Shown here piece by piece: positions 9,189 through 18,862 of a stretch of DNA of 57,063 bases (the stretch's first letter is position 1; each line of letters begins with the position of its first letter). The DNA lies in contig CAIZKO010000107.1 of NCBI GenBank assembly GCA_903933585.1, positions 1-57,063 on the forward strand, in the 5' to 3' direction. The notes beneath the pieces are model-generated. The model searched no databases. It saw only the letters and a list, made by a program, of their open reading frames with translations, and was not told the origin of the DNA. A program made the position numbers and the translations under genes. The stretch comes from an uncultured Actinomycetes bacterium. GTDB taxonomy: Bacteria > Actinomycetota > Actinomycetes > Nanopelagicales > Nanopelagicaceae.

Positions 9189-10088
9189 ATGACCTCTGCT
9201 ATCTCGGTAACTGATCTAACCAAGGTTTACGGGGAGCGCAGCGCTCTCTCTCATGCCACCTTCGAAGTTCCATTGGGAACTGTTTGTGGCTTTGTTGGCC
9301 CTAACGGTTCTGGCAAGACGACCACCATTCGGATGTTGCTCGGCCTCATCACGCCCACCGGTGGAACGGGCACCGTGCTCGGCGAAAGCATTTTGCATCC
9401 CGAGCGCTACCTTCCCAAGGTAGGGGCGATGATTGAAGGACCAGCTTTCTATCCTGGACTAAGCGGTGCGGAGAACCTTAAGGTGCTGGCCTCACTCGGC
9501 GGATTTCCATCGGCGCGCGTCGCAACCTTGTTAGAGAAGGTCGGCCTCGCAGATCGAGGCGGATCGAAATACAAAACATATTCGTTGGGAATGAAACAAC
9601 GACTGGGGATAGCAGCAGCCCTTCTCCCAAATCCAAAACTCTTAGTCTTAGACGAGCCAACAAATGGTTTGGATCCCTCCGGCATTCAAGAGGTAAGAAA
9701 TCTCATCAAAGATTTAGCGAGCGAAGGTACGAGCGTCTTCGTATCTTCACACCTCTTATCTGAACTCGAGATGATTGCTGAATCACTGGTCATGTTGCGC
9801 GAAGGAAAAGTTCTCTTCGCGGGCCGCACTCAAGATTTATTAGCAGCCCAACTTGCCACCTTGGTGGCAGAGCCGGAATTCTCTGTTGATCTCAACAAGT
9901 TGGTGGATATTGCTATCCGTCATGGGCATGAAGCGAGTGTCGAAGCGGGCACCGTTCATATAGTTGCCGACGCCGAGTGGGGGGCAACCTTTAATCGCCT
10001 GGCATTTAATGCAGGTATAACTCTCTCAGCTCTAACCGCGACGCAAGCGACACTAGAAGAGACTTTCTTTGAAATGACAGGTGAGTAA
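9189..10088 (+). CDS. ABC transporter ATP-binding protein
   Basis: Walker A GPNGSGKTT, signature YSLGMKQRL, Walker B LLVLDEPTNGLD. Confidence 0.85.
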   Translation: MTSAISVTDLTKVYGERSALSHATFEVPLGTVCGFVGPNGSGKTTTIRMLLGLITPTGGTGTVLGESILHPERYLPKVGAMIEGPAFYPGLSGAENLKVLASLGGFPSARVATLLEKVGLADRGGSKYKTYSLGMKQRLGIAAALLPNPKLLVLDEPTNGLDPSGIQEVRNLIKDLASEGTSVFVSSHLLSELEMIAESLVMLREGKVLFAGRTQDLLAAQLATLVAEPEFSVDLNKLVDIAIRHGHEASVEAGTVHIVADAEWGATFNRLAFNAGITLSALTATQATLEETFFEMTGE

Positions 10089-10090
10089 AT

Positions 10091-10882
10091 ATGTTTAATG
10101 TGATGCGTGCTGAACTTCGTAAACTTCGACGCCCTACGCTCTTGGTGTCAACTATCCTGGTTGTAGCTGCGCTAACCGCGCTCTTTACCTCGATCGTCTA
10201 TTTACGCGCAAATTCAGGGCAAGGAAATGGGCAACGCGGAGAGATAATTTCTCCAGCAATCTTGAGTCAAGCGGCGGGCTTGGTATATGGATTCAAAATT
10301 GTCTCGTTCTTCCTCGGTATTACAGCGCTCTGTGTCTTTGCATCTCAGACCGCACAGGAATACACCTTGGGCACTCTCCGCAATCTGTTAGTTCGCCAAC
10401 CATCTCGCATGAAGATTCTCTCTGGAAAATATCTCTCCATGGTTATTTTTGCGATCGCACTTGTAACAATAGATGCCATCGTTGCGATATCTGTCTCCTA
10501 TGGTTTAGCTCCACATGCCAAGGTGACGACGACAGCTTGGTTTACATCTGCCGCTCTTTCACTTCTGGGCAGAACCTTTGTAAATGTGCTCTTGACCACG
10601 ATTGCGTTTGGAACATTTGGAATGATCCTCGGACTTCTTTTCCGCTCTCCGATCAGCGCGATCTCCACTGGAGTCATCTGGTCGTTGATCTTGGAAACAA
10701 TTCTTGCCGGCGTTGTCTCAAGTACGCAGAAGTGGTTACCCGGCCAGAACTTTGACAACATTGCACAGGGTGGATCACTCACTGTGAGCTATAAATGGTC
10801 GATGGGTATCTCGGCTGCCTATTTAGTCGTAGGTTTCACGATCGTCGCGCTTCTCTTTAAACGTAGAGATGTAGCAAACTAG
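10091..10882 (+). CDS. ABC-2-type transporter permease
   Basis: About 6 TM helices. It starts 3 nt after the ATPase stop, so the two are probably co-translated. Confidence 0.7.
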   Translation: MFNVMRAELRKLRRPTLLVSTILVVAALTALFTSIVYLRANSGQGNGQRGEIISPAILSQAAGLVYGFKIVSFFLGITALCVFASQTAQEYTLGTLRNLLVRQPSRMKILSGKYLSMVIFAIALVTIDAIVAISVSYGLAPHAKVTTTAWFTSAALSLLGRTFVNVLLTTIAFGTFGMILGLLFRSPISAISTGVIWSLILETILAGVVSSTQKWLPGQNFDNIAQGGSLTVSYKWSMGISAAYLVVGFTIVALLFKRRDVAN

Positions 10883-10961
10883 GGACACAGCCAATTCACA
10901 ACGAGTCAATAGTCCGCGCACGCGGGATTATCAATTATCCTTAACTGTTACTTCCTCGTGA

Positions 10962-12215
10962 ATGGTTGGCTATTTTATGTTTAATCGACGTATCCGTACG
11001 GTTGCGCTCTGCACCGTACTGCTGATGTCGATTCCCACTATTGCATTTGCCGCCACCCCCGCTCCAACGGCAAAACCAAAACCGAAAGTTTCTGCACCGA
11101 CTAAGGCGCAGATAGCAGCGGCACAAGCATCCGAGAACGCCAAGGCTGCTGCTGCTGCAGCAGCCACCTCCAAACTAAATTCCGCACAAAACTTATTGCA
11201 ACAACTCACCGCAGTCACCGCTCATAAGCAAGCACTTCTTCTTTCAGCCCAAGGTGCACTCGCGGTCGCCACCAAGCAATCCAATCTTGCAACCGCGCAT
11301 GCGGCGCTCACTCAAGTAGCCGTTGCAGAAGCCAATCGGACAATTGGTCGGATGGCAGCAAATGCCTACATCATGGGTGGGGGCTTTACGACTCTTAACA
11401 CCGTTCTTGAATCCAATGGCCCACAAGATTTGGTCGATCGACTTAGCCTTCTTGACCAGGTAGGAGCCACAGATTCAGTGGCGTTGGACAGGTACAAGAG
11501 CGCTCTGGTTATTGCCAAAGCTGCCCAAGCCGCTGCTACGGCAGCGAAGGTTGCTCAAGCAAGCGCAACAGCGAAGGTGGCGGCGGCAAAAGCCGCTGCG
11601 GTTGCTGCGCAATCTGCACAGACCGCGGAAGTTGCAAAACTTCGAGCCATCCAAGGCAAGTTGATGATAGAGCTCGCTACCGCACGCAACTTTAGAATCA
11701 CCCTGCAACAACAATTAGCCCTATCGCAACTAGAGCAATCGAGCGCAAATACCGCGGCGCAGACCAAGGGCCAAGCGAAGATCTGGCCAGATCGTGGATT
11801 TAAAGGTCGCTCAACAATACGCAGCACTGATGCAATGCGTACCAAAGCAGTTGCTTATGCTCGGGCACAAGTATTGGCACGTAAACCATATGTGTGGGGG
11901 GCGCAAGGCCCTCGAAGTTTTGACTGTTCCGGATTGGTCTACGCGGCTTATCACGCAGCTGGACTTGGGTATCCAAATTGGTCGCGACTCAATGCCGCCC
12001 TCTACTTCGTCGATACCCAGCGAGTGAAACTCGATAATTTGATTCCCGGCGACCTTCTCTTTTATTCCTACGATGGTTCAATCCAAAATATCCACCACAT
12101 CACCATTTACGCTGGAAATGGCATGATGTGGGAGGCTAACTCAACTCGGACCGGCCTCATCTACTCGAGTATGTACAGCGTCTCTGGCTTGATGCCTTCA
12201 GGTGGTCGGGTTTAA
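10962..12215 (+). CDS. secreted NlpC/P60 peptidoglycan hydrolase with a long N-terminal coiled coil (RipA/RipC/PcsB-like architecture)
   Basis: Signal peptide ...LLMSIPTIAFA. About 250 aa of Ala/Gln-rich coiled coil. C-terminal NlpC/P60 domain with catalytic Cys in FDCSGLVYAAY and His in IHHITIYAG. ATG 10977 is an alternative start. Confidence 0.8.
   Translation: MVGYFMFNRRIRTVALCTVLLMSIPTIAFAATPAPTAKPKPKVSAPTKAQIAAAQASENAKAAAAAAATSKLNSAQNLLQQLTAVTAHKQALLLSAQGALAVATKQSNLATAHAALTQVAVAEANRTIGRMAANAYIMGGGFTTLNTVLESNGPQDLVDRLSLLDQVGATDSVALDRYKSALVIAKAAQAAATAAKVAQASATAKVAAAKAAAVAAQSAQTAEVAKLRAIQGKLMIELATARNFRITLQQQLALSQLEQSSANTAAQTKGQAKIWPDRGFKGRSTIRSTDAMRTKAVAYARAQVLARKPYVWGAQGPRSFDCSGLVYAAYHAAGLGYPNWSRLNAALYFVDTQRVKLDNLIPGDLLFYSYDGSIQNIHHITIYAGNGMMWEANSTRTGLIYSSMYSVSGLMPSGGRV
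11145..11165 (+). repeat. short GCT/GCA trinucleotide tract encoding a poly-Ala run inside the NlpC/P60 gene
   Basis: The sequence gctgctgctgctgcagcagcc was read directly. Confidence 0.8.
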
Positions 12216-12219
12216 CAAT

Positions 12220-12225
12220 TAGGCT
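12220..12225 (+). promoter_or_regulatory. -10-like hexamer TAGGCT, 6 nt upstream of tilS ATG 12232
   Basis: TAGGCTaactgcATG. The same TAGGCTAAC string occurs upstream of proC. Confidence 0.35.
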
Positions 12226-12231
12226 AACTGC

Positions 12232-13182
12232 ATGAAGGCGACCCTGGCGATTCGGCAAGCGGTGCGGCCTTGGGTGCAGATCGCCGATGCGCGAATTCTT
12301 GTCGGAGTTTCGGGAGGCGCTGATTCAATGGCGCTCGCCGTTGCGACCTATTTGGAATGTAAGACAAGCGGTGTGGATCTCGTGGCCATTATTATTGATC
12401 ATCAACTACAAGAGGTATCTGCCGCGGTTGCCGAGCGCACTCGAGAGGAATTGCTGCGGATCGGAATCGCGAGCGTAGAAATTGTTGCGGTTACCGTCGC
12501 TCTGGTGGATGGAATGGAAGCTTCTGCTCGGCGCGCTCGCTACGAGGCGTTCGAAGCGGCAATTGCAAAGCATCAACCCGATTACTTCTTCCTAGCCCAT
12601 ACCAAGAATGATCAAGCCGAGTCTGTACTTCTTGGGCTAGCTCGCGGATCTGGAACTCGTTCGCTCTCCGGGATGGCAGAGGTAAATGGTCGCTACGTGA
12701 GACCACTTCTTGATATCGATCGTTCGACCACAGAGGCTGCCTGCGCCGAGAATGGACTCTCGCCTTGGGTCGATCCCCAAAATTCAGATCTGCACTATGC
12801 CCGGGTACGGGTGCGCAACGAGGTGCTTCCGGTTTTGGAGACCAACCTCGGCCCGGGGATTGTCGATGCATTGGCACGTAGCGCCCGGATCCTGCGGGAG
12901 GATGCCGATGCCTTGGATCACCTTGCCACCCAATTCTTATCCAGTGGTGACCCCCTTGAGGTCGAAAAGCTGGTCGTTCTCCCAAAAGCCATCCGAATTC
13001 GAGTGCTTCGTAGGGCGATTTACGACGCTGGGGCTCCCGAAGGGACGCTCACCGCCGATCACATCGCTCCCGTTGAGGCCTTGATCACCGATTGGCACGG
13101 CCAAGGGGAAATTTCCCTCCCAGGTGGTGTGAAGGTGGCTCGGATTTCGGGCAGACTTTCGCTCTTACAGCAGATCTCATAA
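12232..13182 (+). CDS. tilS: tRNA(Ile)-lysidine synthase
   Basis: PP-loop SGGADS. Conserved position upstream of hpt-ftsH. Confidence 0.85.
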   Translation: MKATLAIRQAVRPWVQIADARILVGVSGGADSMALAVATYLECKTSGVDLVAIIIDHQLQEVSAAVAERTREELLRIGIASVEIVAVTVALVDGMEASARRARYEAFEAAIAKHQPDYFFLAHTKNDQAESVLLGLARGSGTRSLSGMAEVNGRYVRPLLDIDRSTTEAACAENGLSPWVDPQNSDLHYARVRVRNEVLPVLETNLGPGIVDALARSARILREDADALDHLATQFLSSGDPLEVEKLVVLPKAIRIRVLRRAIYDAGAPEGTLTADHIAPVEALITDWHGQGEISLPGGVKVARISGRLSLLQQIS

Positions 13183-13192
13183 AAGGAGCATC

Positions 13193-13744
13193 GTGGATTT
13201 AAGCACCGCAGGCGCAGACATTGATCGCGTCATAGTTTCGGCCCCAGAAATCCAAGCTCGACTAAAAGAGATCGCAGCGGCGATCGAAGGCGACTATGTC
13301 GATCGCGACCTACTTGTGATCGGAATTCTCAAGGGCGCTGTCATGACGATGGCTGATCTGGTGCGCGCGCTCAACCGCCATGTTGAAATGGATTGGATGG
13401 CTGTCTCTTCATATGGCTCTGGAACAAAATCAAGTGGCGTGGTTCGAATTCTCAAAGACCTCGATCGCGATATCACGGGCCGCAACGTTTTAATCGTTGA
13501 AGATATTCTCGATACCGGACTCACCTTGGCCTGGCTTAAATCGAATTTACAATCACGTGGAGCTAAGAGCGTAGAAATCTTTACCATGCTCAGAAAGCCT
13601 GATGCCGCAAAGGTCGAAGTCGATGTCAGATATGTGGGTTTTGATATACCTAATGAATTTGTTGTGGGCTACGGCTTGGATTATGGCGAGAAGTATCGCA
13701 ACCTAGATTTCATTGGCATCTTGGCTAAAGGCGTTTACTCCTGA
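13193..13744 (+). CDS. hpt: hypoxanthine phosphoribosyltransferase
   Basis: PRPP-binding motif VLIVEDILDTGLT. SD AAGGAG sits 5 nt before GTG 13193. Confidence 0.9.
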   Translation: MDLSTAGADIDRVIVSAPEIQARLKEIAAAIEGDYVDRDLLVIGILKGAVMTMADLVRALNRHVEMDWMAVSSYGSGTKSSGVVRILKDLDRDITGRNVLIVEDILDTGLTLAWLKSNLQSRGAKSVEIFTMLRKPDAAKVEVDVRYVGFDIPNEFVVGYGLDYGEKYRNLDFIGILAKGVYS

Positions 13745-13805
13745 TCTCCAGGAAATAAATTTCTCCCATATTCGGTTACCCCAGAGAAGATAATAGAGAA
13801 GAGCA

Positions 13806-15830
13806 ATGGCAGATAAAAAGATAAACCTTCCGCGCAAGAGGATCCGCAAGATGATGCGCGGTCCGCTCTTCTGGATCGTGCTTGCGCTGATACTCGTTGT
13901 CGCCTTGGGAAGAATCTCTGGAAGCGGAGCCGCTTACACCGCAGTCGATACCTCCACAGTGCTTGCCGAAATTTCACAGAATAAGGTGGAATCAGCGCTC
14001 GTCATCGACAAGGATCAGAAGGTTGAGATTATTCTCAAGAGTGGTGAATCGGTTAACGGTGCCACGCACCTCGTTGCTTCCTATGTCACAAATCAAGAGC
14101 AGCAAATCACCGAGCTTTTAACGAGTAATCCACCAACGAAGGCGTGGAATGTAAAAGTTCCCACCACCTCATTCTTTGCAACCCTATTTTTTAGTTTTGC
14201 TCCCTTTTTAATAATTGGGTTTATTCTCCTTCTCTTCATGTCTAATTCGCAGGGCGGAAATCGCATATTTTCCTTTGGTCGCTCCAAAGCTAAACTGCAG
14301 ACAAATGACACACCGAAGAACACCTTTGCAGATGTAGCCGGTGCCGATGAAGCGGTCGCCGAGCTCCGCGAAATAAAGGATTTCCTCTCGGATCCCAAGA
14401 AGTATCAAGATATTGGCGCAAAGATTCCTAAAGGCGTGCTGCTTTATGGACCGCCAGGAACCGGAAAGACGCTCCTTGCGCGTGCCGTCGCAGGGGAGGC
14501 GAATGTTCCTTTCTTCTCGATCTCTGGGTCGGAATTTGTTGAGATGTTCGTTGGTGTCGGTGCCTCCCGCGTTCGCGATCTCTTTAATAAGGCGAAAGAG
14601 GCGGCTCCCGCGATTATTTTCGTCGATGAGATCGACGCAGTCGGTCGGCAGCGTGGTGCTGGTATGGGCGGCGGTAATGATGAACGTGAGCAGACCCTCA
14701 ACCAGTTATTGGTAGAGATGGATGGTTTTGAAGAGAACACGCAAGTCATCTTGATTGCAGCAACAAATCGACCTGATGTTCTCGATCCGGCAATTCTTCG
14801 CCCTGGTCGTTTTGATCGTCAGATCCCTGTAGACCGCCCTGATCTCTTAGGACGTAAGGCAATTCTCGAAGTTCACGCCAAGGGAAAGCCAATCGCAAAG
14901 AGCGTCGACCTCGGTGAGATTGCAAAACGTACCCCAGGCTTTACCGGTGCAGATTTAGCCAATGTATTGAACGAGGCAGCGCTACTCACTGCCCGCGAAA
15001 ATGCAAAAGTAATTACTACGATGGCACTCGACGAGTCGATCGACCGTGTGATGGCTGGTCCGCAACGCACCAGTCGATTGATGACTGAGGAAGAGCGACG
15101 CATCACGGCGTATCACGAGGGTGGCCATGCGCTGGTAGCGCATGCGCTCCCTAACACTGATCCCGTACATAAGATTACGATCATGCCGCGCGGCCGAGCC
15201 CTGGGTTACACCATGGTGCTTCCAGACGAAGATCGTTATGCAACTACGCGCAATCAGATGCTAGATCAGCTTTCATACTCACTGGGTGGTCGCGCCGCCG
15301 AGGAGTTGATCTTCCACGATCCAACGACGGGTGCATCCAACGATATTGAGAAGGCAACCAGTCTGGCTCGTGCGATGGTGACTCAATATGGAATGACGGA
15401 ACGCATCGGTGCAATCAAACTTGGTAGCGGTGATAGCGATCCATTCCTCGGTCGCGATTATGGTCATCAACGTGACTACTCTGAAGAGATTGCCGGGATT
15501 ATTGATGAAGAGATTCACAATCTGATTGAAAATGCGCACCAAGAGGCCTTCAATATTCTGGTTGCCAATCGCGATATTTTGGATGAGTTGGTTGTCGAAC
15601 TTTTGGAGCGCGAGACCTTGCTCAAAGATGATATTGAGCGCATCTTTACCAAGGTTCGCATGGTCTCCTCTCGTCCCGCCTGGACTGGGTCGCCAAACCG
15701 CTCGCCTTCTACTCTTCCGCCTGTGGGACTTGTTGCTGCAAAGCCACAGGTGGATCCGGAAGCAATCATTGCAAAACCTGCGCGCAAACCGCGGAAAAAG
15801 GCGGCGCCTGCGAAGACAGAAGAGGCTTAA
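13806..15830 (+). CDS. ftsH: ATP-dependent zinc metalloprotease FtsH
   Basis: Two TM helices, Walker [12 protein letters not shown]+ SRH, and the HEGGH zinc motif. Confidence 0.97.
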   Translation: MADKKINLPRKRIRKMMRGPLFWIVLALILVVALGRISGSGAAYTAVDTSTVLAEISQNKVESALVIDKDQKVEIILKSGESVNGATHLVASYVTNQEQQITELLTSNPPTKAWNVKVPTTSFFATLFFSFAPFLIIGFILLLFMSNSQGGNRIFSFGRSKAKLQTNDTPKNTFADVAGADEAVAELREIKDFLSDPKKYQDIGAKIPKGVLLYGPPGTGKTLLARAVAGEANVPFFSISGSEFVEMFVGVGASRVRDLFNKAKEAAPAIIFVDEIDAVGRQRGAGMGGGNDEREQTLNQLLVEMDGFEENTQVILIAATNRPDVLDPAILRPGRFDRQIPVDRPDLLGRKAILEVHAKGKPIAKSVDLGEIAKRTPGFTGADLANVLNEAALLTARENAKVITTMALDESIDRVMAGPQRTSRLMTEEERRITAYHEGGHALVAHALPNTDPVHKITIMPRGRALGYTMVLPDEDRYATTRNQMLDQLSYSLGGRAAEELIFHDPTTGASNDIEKATSLARAMVTQYGMTERIGAIKLGSGDSDPFLGRDYGHQRDYSEEIAGIIDEEIHNLIENAHQEAFNILVANRDILDELVVELLERETLLKDDIERIFTKVRMVSSRPAWTGSPNRSPSTLPPVGLVAAKPQVDPEAIIAKPARKPRKKAAPAKTEEA

Positions 15831-15832
15831 CC

Positions 15833-16459
15833 ATGGAACACGAGATCACGCCGGTATCGATGGGTCCACGCGACGGCAGAGCGCGAGCCGACTTTGATCA
15901 GGCGCGCGCAGAGCGAGCAGTTACCGAACTCTTATTAGCTATCGGCGAGGATCCTGCGCGCGATGGGTTGCGTGATACTCCGGCACGGGTAGCTCGAGCG
16001 TATCGCGAGAATTTTGAGGGGCTCTGGCAGAGCCCTGAAGAGGTTCTCACGACAACCTTTGATATCGGCCACAAAGAGTTGGTCATTGTGAGAGATATCG
16101 AAGTTTTTTCACATTGTGAACATCACTTAACCCCATTTCACGGATTCGCCCATATTGGGTACATCCCCGGTGAATCTGGTCGCATTACCGGAATCTCTAA
16201 ATTGGCTCGACTCGTCGATTTGTACTCCAGACGGCCACAAGTGCAAGAGCGATTGACGACTCAAGTTGCCGATGCGATGGTGGAAATTTTGAAGCCAGCT
16301 GGAGTCATCGTCATTATTGACTGCGAACACCTATGCATGTCGATGCGCGGGGTAAAAAAGTCGCAAGCGCGAACTACAACATCTGCGGTGCGCGGTCAGT
16401 TACGCAATGCCGCAACCAGAGCCGAAGCGATGGCGCTGATTACCGCTTCTGATCGCTAA
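15833..16459 (+). CDS. folE: GTP cyclohydrolase I
   Basis: ...[11 protein letters not shown]... core. Follows the ftsH stop after a 2-nt gap. Confidence 0.95.
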   Translation: MEHEITPVSMGPRDGRARADFDQARAERAVTELLLAIGEDPARDGLRDTPARVARAYRENFEGLWQSPEEVLTTTFDIGHKELVIVRDIEVFSHCEHHLTPFHGFAHIGYIPGESGRITGISKLARLVDLYSRRPQVQERLTTQVADAMVEILKPAGVIVIIDCEHLCMSMRGVKKSQARTTTSAVRGQLRNAATRAEAMALITASDR

Positions 16460-17265
16460 TGTCTCTTAACCAAAGCACGCTCGTCATGGGCGTACTTAAT
16501 GTCACTCCCGATTCTTTTGCTGATGGAGGCAGGCATTTCGATTTTGACGCAGCTATTGCGCGCTCTGCTGAGATGATTGCCGAGGGGGTCGACATCATTG
16601 ATGTCGGTGGAGAGTCAACTAGACCTGGCTCTGAACGAATCTCTTTCGAAGAAGAGCGGGATCGTACGATCCCGGTAATTATCGCGCTCAAAGAGCTCGG
16701 CGCAACAATAAGCATTGACACCACTAGATCAGAGATAGCCAAATTGGCGATCGGGGCGGGTGCCACCATTGTCAATGACATCAGCGGTGGAAAACTCGAC
16801 CCACAGATGGCTGCCCTAATAGCCGCTAATCCCGCCATCCAGTACATCGCAATGCACTCGCGCGGGGAATCTAAAGATATGCAGACGCGGGCGGTTTATA
16901 AGGATGTCGTGCAAGAGGTTAGGCAAGAGTTGGAAGATCGCGTCACCGCCTTGATCGAGCAAGGGGTAAGTCCAGAGCAGATAATTCTTGACCCAGGAAT
17001 CGGTTTCGCTAAGACTGGGGCGCAAAATTGGGAACTTCTTCGAAATATTGATCGATTGCAGCTATTGGGTTATCCGCTATTAATAGGGGTCTCGCGCAAA
17101 CGCTTCTTAGGTGATTTAGTTAGCGCAGAGAACCCCGACGATCGGGATTTTGCCACCATTGCCCTGACCACAGAGATGGCGCGCAAGGGAGTTTGGGCGG
17201 TACGAACACATAGCGTGAAACCTCACGTGGATGCCATCAAGGTAGTGAAGGAGTTGTGGGGATGA
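16459..17265 (+). CDS. folP: dihydropteroate synthase
   Basis: GVLNVTPDSFADGG and DVGGESTRPG. The start overlaps the folE stop (TAATG). Confidence 0.95.
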   Translation: MSLNQSTLVMGVLNVTPDSFADGGRHFDFDAAIARSAEMIAEGVDIIDVGGESTRPGSERISFEEERDRTIPVIIALKELGATISIDTTRSEIAKLAIGAGATIVNDISGGKLDPQMAALIAANPAIQYIAMHSRGESKDMQTRAVYKDVVQEVRQELEDRVTALIEQGVSPEQIILDPGIGFAKTGAQNWELLRNIDRLQLLGYPLLIGVSRKRFLGDLVSAENPDDRDFATIALTTEMARKGVWAVRTHSVKPHVDAIKVVKELWG

Positions 17266-17621
17266 GCGACTATATTGAAATCAAAGGAATCTCCGGTTTT
17301 GGGTACCACGGCCTCTTCGACTATGAGCGGGAAAATGGTCAGATTTTTTTCGTCGATGTAAAACTCCAATTAGAAAATAAGACCGCATCGAAGTCCGATG
17401 CTATAGCCGATGCCGTTGATTATTCCCAGGTTGCCAAAGTTGTTCACGAAATAATTGTCGGAGAGCCTGTTAATTTGATTGAACGATTGGCGCACATCAT
17501 CGCCTCTGAACTCTTGCGTTCCTACCCACTAAAAGCCGTTGAGGTAATTGTTCATAAGCCGAACGCTTCCGTTGGAGTTCCCGTAACCGATATCGCCGTC
17601 CGGATTAAGCGATCTGTATGA
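17262..17621 (+). CDS. folB: dihydroneopterin aldolase
   Basis: ...GYHGLFDYERENGQIFFVDV.... ATG 17262 makes an ATGA overlap with the folP stop. GTG 17256 is the ORF-track start. Confidence 0.85.
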   Translation: MSDYIEIKGISGFGYHGLFDYERENGQIFFVDVKLQLENKTASKSDAIADAVDYSQVAKVVHEIIVGEPVNLIERLAHIIASELLRSYPLKAVEVIVHKPNASVGVPVTDIAVRIKRSV

Positions 17622-18067
17622 AGGTTGTAATAGCGCTCGGATCCAATATGGGAGACACCAACTCTCATCTACACCATGCAATCGATGAGCTAGGAAAGCA
17701 CATTGATATCAATGCGGTCTCGAGCTTTTATAAGACGGCTCCCGTAGGTGGCCCCCCGCAAGATGATTACCTAAATGCCGTTGTTGTAGGGGAGAGCGAG
17801 ATGGACCCGCTCGATCTCCTCGTTGAGATGCAGGAGATTGAACTCCTAGCCGGTCGTACGCGTGAGATCCAATGGGGGCCACGAACTCTCGATCTTGACC
17901 TCATCGCATACGGTGATCTAGTGGTTCAGGAGCCACATTTAGAACTCCCGCATCCCAGGGCTCACGAGCGCACCTTTGTTCTGGAACCATGGCTTGAGAT
18001 TGATCCAGATGCCACCTTGGCGGGCCATGGATCTATTCGAGATCTCATGAGAGCGTTGAAGGAGTAA
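17618..18067 (+). CDS. folK: 2-amino-4-hydroxy-6-hydroxymethyldihydropteridine pyrophosphokinase
   Basis: ALGSNMGD and GPRTLDLDL motifs. ATGA overlap with folB. Confidence 0.9.
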   Translation: MKVVIALGSNMGDTNSHLHHAIDELGKHIDINAVSSFYKTAPVGGPPQDDYLNAVVVGESEMDPLDLLVEMQEIELLAGRTREIQWGPRTLDLDLIAYGDLVVQEPHLELPHPRAHERTFVLEPWLEIDPDATLAGHGSIRDLMRALKE

Positions 18068-18109
18068 ACTCTTCTCATTAGCCCGGTACCCCGAAAGGAC
18101 TGGAGCACC

Positions 18110-18862
18110 ATGCAAGATTCAATCGCACTTGTCCCCACTATGGGTGCGCTTCATGCTGGCCACTTAGAGTTGATTAGGCGCGCTCGCGAATTAAGTTCTA
18201 CGGTAGTTGTTTCGCTCTTTGTAAATCCACTGCAATTTGAGAGCGCCACAGACTTATCCAATTATCCGCGCGATCATGCTGGTGATACTGCGAAGGCGCT
18301 AGCAGCGGGAGCAACACGGGTTTGGGCTCCAGCGTACGAGGAAATTTATCCAGCGGAGATCGTCAAGATTTCCGCCGGTGCTATCGGCGAGATCTTTGAA
18401 GGACGCCATCGCGTTGGGCACTTCGATGGAGTGCTGACTGTTGTGAGCAGACTCTTTGATAGCGTAAAACCCAACTACGCAATCTTTGGCGAAAAAGATT
18501 TTCAGCAACTCTTCATCATTAAAAAATGGGTAGCCCAAAATGATCTTCCAATAGATATCATCGCCGTGCCTACAGTCCGTGATAGCGATGGTCTTGCGCT
18601 CTCTTCGCGCAATATCCAACTCACACCCGTTGGTCGAAGGACCGCACTTGTGATTAGTAGGGCGCTGCGCGCTGGGGATAAAGCGGGGATGCTGCAGATG
18701 TTGGCCACCGAGCCGGGTTTTCGAGTCGACTATGCCGAGGTGATTGATGAAGAGACATTCGAATTGGCGCTTCCCGAGACCCAATTCAAGCGTGGAATCA
18801 TCGCTGGTTGGGTAAATGGGCTCCGATTGATCGACAATATGCGGATGGGAAGCGATCGATGA
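18110..18862 (+). CDS. panC: pantoate--beta-alanine ligase
   Basis: PTMGALHAGH and FGEKDFQQ motifs. At 250 aa it is on the short side. Confidence 0.88.
   Translation: MQDSIALVPTMGALHAGHLELIRRARELSSTVVVSLFVNPLQFESATDLSNYPRDHAGDTAKALAAGATRVWAPAYEEIYPAEIVKISAGAIGEIFEGRHRVGHFDGVLTVVSRLFDSVKPNYAIFGEKDFQQLFIIKKWVAQNDLPIDIIAVPTVRDSDGLALSSRNIQLTPVGRRTALVISRALRAGDKAGMLQMLATEPGFRVDYAEVIDEETFELALPETQFKRGIIAGWVNGLRLIDNMRMGSDR

Noticed and set aside
10883-10961. ydaO/c-di-AMP riboswitch expected upstream of an actinobacterial NlpC/P60 (rpf/rip-type) gene.
   Set aside because: The spacer is only about 80-95 nt, and I could not find the conserved GGGGACCCA or CCGAACCCG...CUAACC elements on the plus strand. 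Only generic hairpins are present.
13745-13805. AT-rich pseudo-palindrome GGAAATAAATTTCT between hpt and ftsH, considered as a terminator or operator.
   Set aside because: The arms would pair with a 2-nt loop and a G-U pair. That is not a stable hairpin, and no flanking support exists.
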